Positions 62,553 to 64,000 of a stretch of DNA of 64,000 bases are shown piece after piece. The first letter of the stretch is position 1. Each line of letters begins with the position of its first letter. The position numbers were made by a program, and so were the translations under genes. The stretch is from Gammaproteobacteria bacterium (GTDB taxonomy: Bacteria; Pseudomonadota; Gammaproteobacteria; Eutrophobiales; Eutrophobiaceae), in the NCBI GenBank assembly GCA_965222155.1, contig CBDCTH010000012.1, forward strand, positions 1,440,001-1,504,000, given 5' to 3'. Under the pieces are notes generated by a model. It was given only the letters and a program-made list of their open reading frames with translations. It had not been told where the DNA came from and did not search any database.

Positions 62553-63284
62553 TTATCGCCTGGCTCCGTCCATCAGCGCCTTCATGTCCTTGACAGCCTG
62601 ATAGAGGCCGGAGAATACCGCCCTGGCTATGATGGAATGGCCGATGTTCAGTTCGGCAACCTGTTTGAGCGCAGCAATCGGATTGACGTTGTGGTAATGC
62701 AGTCCGTGTCCGGCGTTGATTTGCAGTGGTGTTTTCGCTGCATATTCCACTGCCCGGACTATCTTGTTGTATTCAACGGCGAGCGCTTCCGGGCCGTCGC
62801 AATCCGCATAGTGGCCTGTATGAATTTCTATCATGTCTGCGTCGGCATTGACCGCCGCGTCTATCTGGCCGGCATCCGCATCGATAAACAAAGATATTTT
62901 GGAACCGCTCGCCTGCAGCCTGGCACAGGCAACGTTGATCCTTTCCTGCTGGCCGGCCACTTCCAGGCCGCCCTCCGTGGTCAACTCTTCCCGCCGCTCG
63001 GGGACAAAACAGCAAAAATCCGGCTGGAATTTCTCTGCGAGCGCCAACATTCCATCAGTGACCGCCATTTCCAGGTTGATCGGTATCGTCAGCACGTCTT
63101 TCAACATCTCCACGTCCCTTTCCTGGATATGCCGGCGGTCCTCGCGCAGGTGTATCGTGATTGAGTCAGCGCCGGCCTGTTCAGCTATCAGGGCAGCCTG
63201 GACCGGTTCGGGATATCGGGTCAGCCGCGCCTGGCGCAGCGTCGCTACATGGTCGATGTTAACCCCCAGTTTTATCGGGTTCAT
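62553..63284 (-). CDS. pdxJ: Pyridoxine 5'-phosphate synthase
   Basis: LGVNIDHVATLRQAR, HLREDRRHI, TTEGGL, NAGHGL, ELNIGH. Confidence 0.97.
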   Translation of the reverse strand: MNPIKLGVNIDHVATLRQARLTRYPEPVQAALIAEQAGADSITIHLREDRRHIQERDVEMLKDVLTIPINLEMAVTDGMLALAEKFQPDFCCFVPERREELTTEGGLEVAGQQERINVACARLQASGSKISLFIDADAGQIDAAVNADADMIEIHTGHYADCDGPEALAVEYNKIVRAVEYAAKTPLQINAGHGLHYHNVNPIAALKQVAELNIGHSIIARAVFSGLYQAVKDMKALMDGARR

Positions 63285-63292
63285 TGATTATT

Positions 63293-64000
63293 TCAGCGTT
63301 GCGTAGTTAAGTTGAAGTTGTACAGTTCGCGGCTGACCAGCGGTCTGTCGCCCAGTAAATTACCCAGCGCCATTCTCATCAACTGCTTGGCCTCTGCCAA
63401 CACATGGTCATCACCTAATTTCTCTTCCGCCAAGGCCGTTAATGTTCGCCCGGAGATTTTCATGCCGCTCCGGTCAGGTGAATCATGTAGAACCGGACCT
63501 TGTTCCAACAGGTAATTATACTTTTGATCCGCTTTGATGGCATTGCCTTCTGCATCAGAATTCAGCACCAACCCATAACCCAGTGCTTCAAGTAGCCGCT
63601 TTTCAAATATCCTGAGTGTGACTTGTTCGGTCGGTCTATTACTTAATTTGCCGATTGCTTCCTCATAGGCATCGAAAAGTTCCGGATGTGGTTCATGCCG
63701 ATGCAGCAATTTTACCAGCAGTTCATTAATGTAAAAAACAGTCATCAGCCCGCCGGCTTCATACGCTTGTCTGCCTTGACAGGGTTCTACCTGGGTCAAG
63801 GTGCCCAATTCCCGGCGCATTGTCCAGGCGATACTGATTTTACGACCCGATTGTAACAATGCCCGTTTATCATTTTTCTGTTTTCTGGCCCCTTTGGCCA
63901 CCAGGCCAATCCTGCCGTGCCCGCGCGAAAACACGTCCAGTAACAAACTCGTTTCACGATAGGGACGATTGTGCAGGATGTAGCAGGGGTTCAGTTCGAC
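63293..64000 (-). CDS. recO: DNA repair protein RecO (start lies just beyond the window)
   Basis: YILHNRPYRETSLLLD..SR.HGR..LVAKGAR, YINELL, LRIFE..LL.ALGYG; upstream of pdxJ. Confidence 0.95.
   Translation of the reverse strand, partial: VELNPCYILHNRPYRETSLLLDVFSRGHGRIGLVAKGARKQKNDKRALLQSGRKISIAWTMRRELGTLTQVEPCQGRQAYEAGGLMTVFYINELLVKLLHRHEPHPELFDAYEEAIGKLSNRPTEQVTLRIFEKRLLEALGYGLVLNSDAEGNAIKADQKYNYLLEQGPVLHDSPDRSGMKISGRTLTALAEEKLGDDHVLAEAKQLMRMALGNLLGDRPLVSRELYNFNLTTQR

Overview
Chromosomal window of a gammaproteobacterium, roughly 50% GC by eye. The LRR/Calx-beta/cadherin giant protein, the Uma2 and DUF1640 paralogues and the many miniature elements resemble sponge or invertebrate symbionts, but that is inference. 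The window appears to span the replication terminus: a near-canonical XerC/D dif site lies at 10704-10731, and gene orientation and KOPS motifs largely converge on it. The left part holds a cluster of mostly exported metal-dependent amidohydrolases, AAA/Uma2/Fic/EndoQ-like accessory genes and small aromatic/PLP catabolic genes. The middle is the conserved tatD-holB-tmk-mltG-pabC-fabF-acpP-fabG-fabD-fabH-plsX-rpmF-yceD-maf-sppA-rne block. About 20 kb separates the normally adjacent rne and rluC. This insert carries an Xre-RES toxin-antitoxin pair, decayed cassettes and a GC-rich 17.5-kb gene for a ~5,850-aa surface protein (24-aa LRR head, 6 Calx-beta, ~28 Ig-like and ~8 cadherin domains, C-terminal beta-barrel). 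That gene has a C14 tract in its leader region and several frameshifts inside near-identical repeats. A duplicated DUF1640-Uma2-AAA cassette brackets the adhesin plus rluC. At least three families of miniature inverted-repeat elements are present, two with clear target-site duplications, and they carry shared REP-like palindromic modules. pdxJ and recO end the window. No rRNA, tRNA or CRISPR array was seen.
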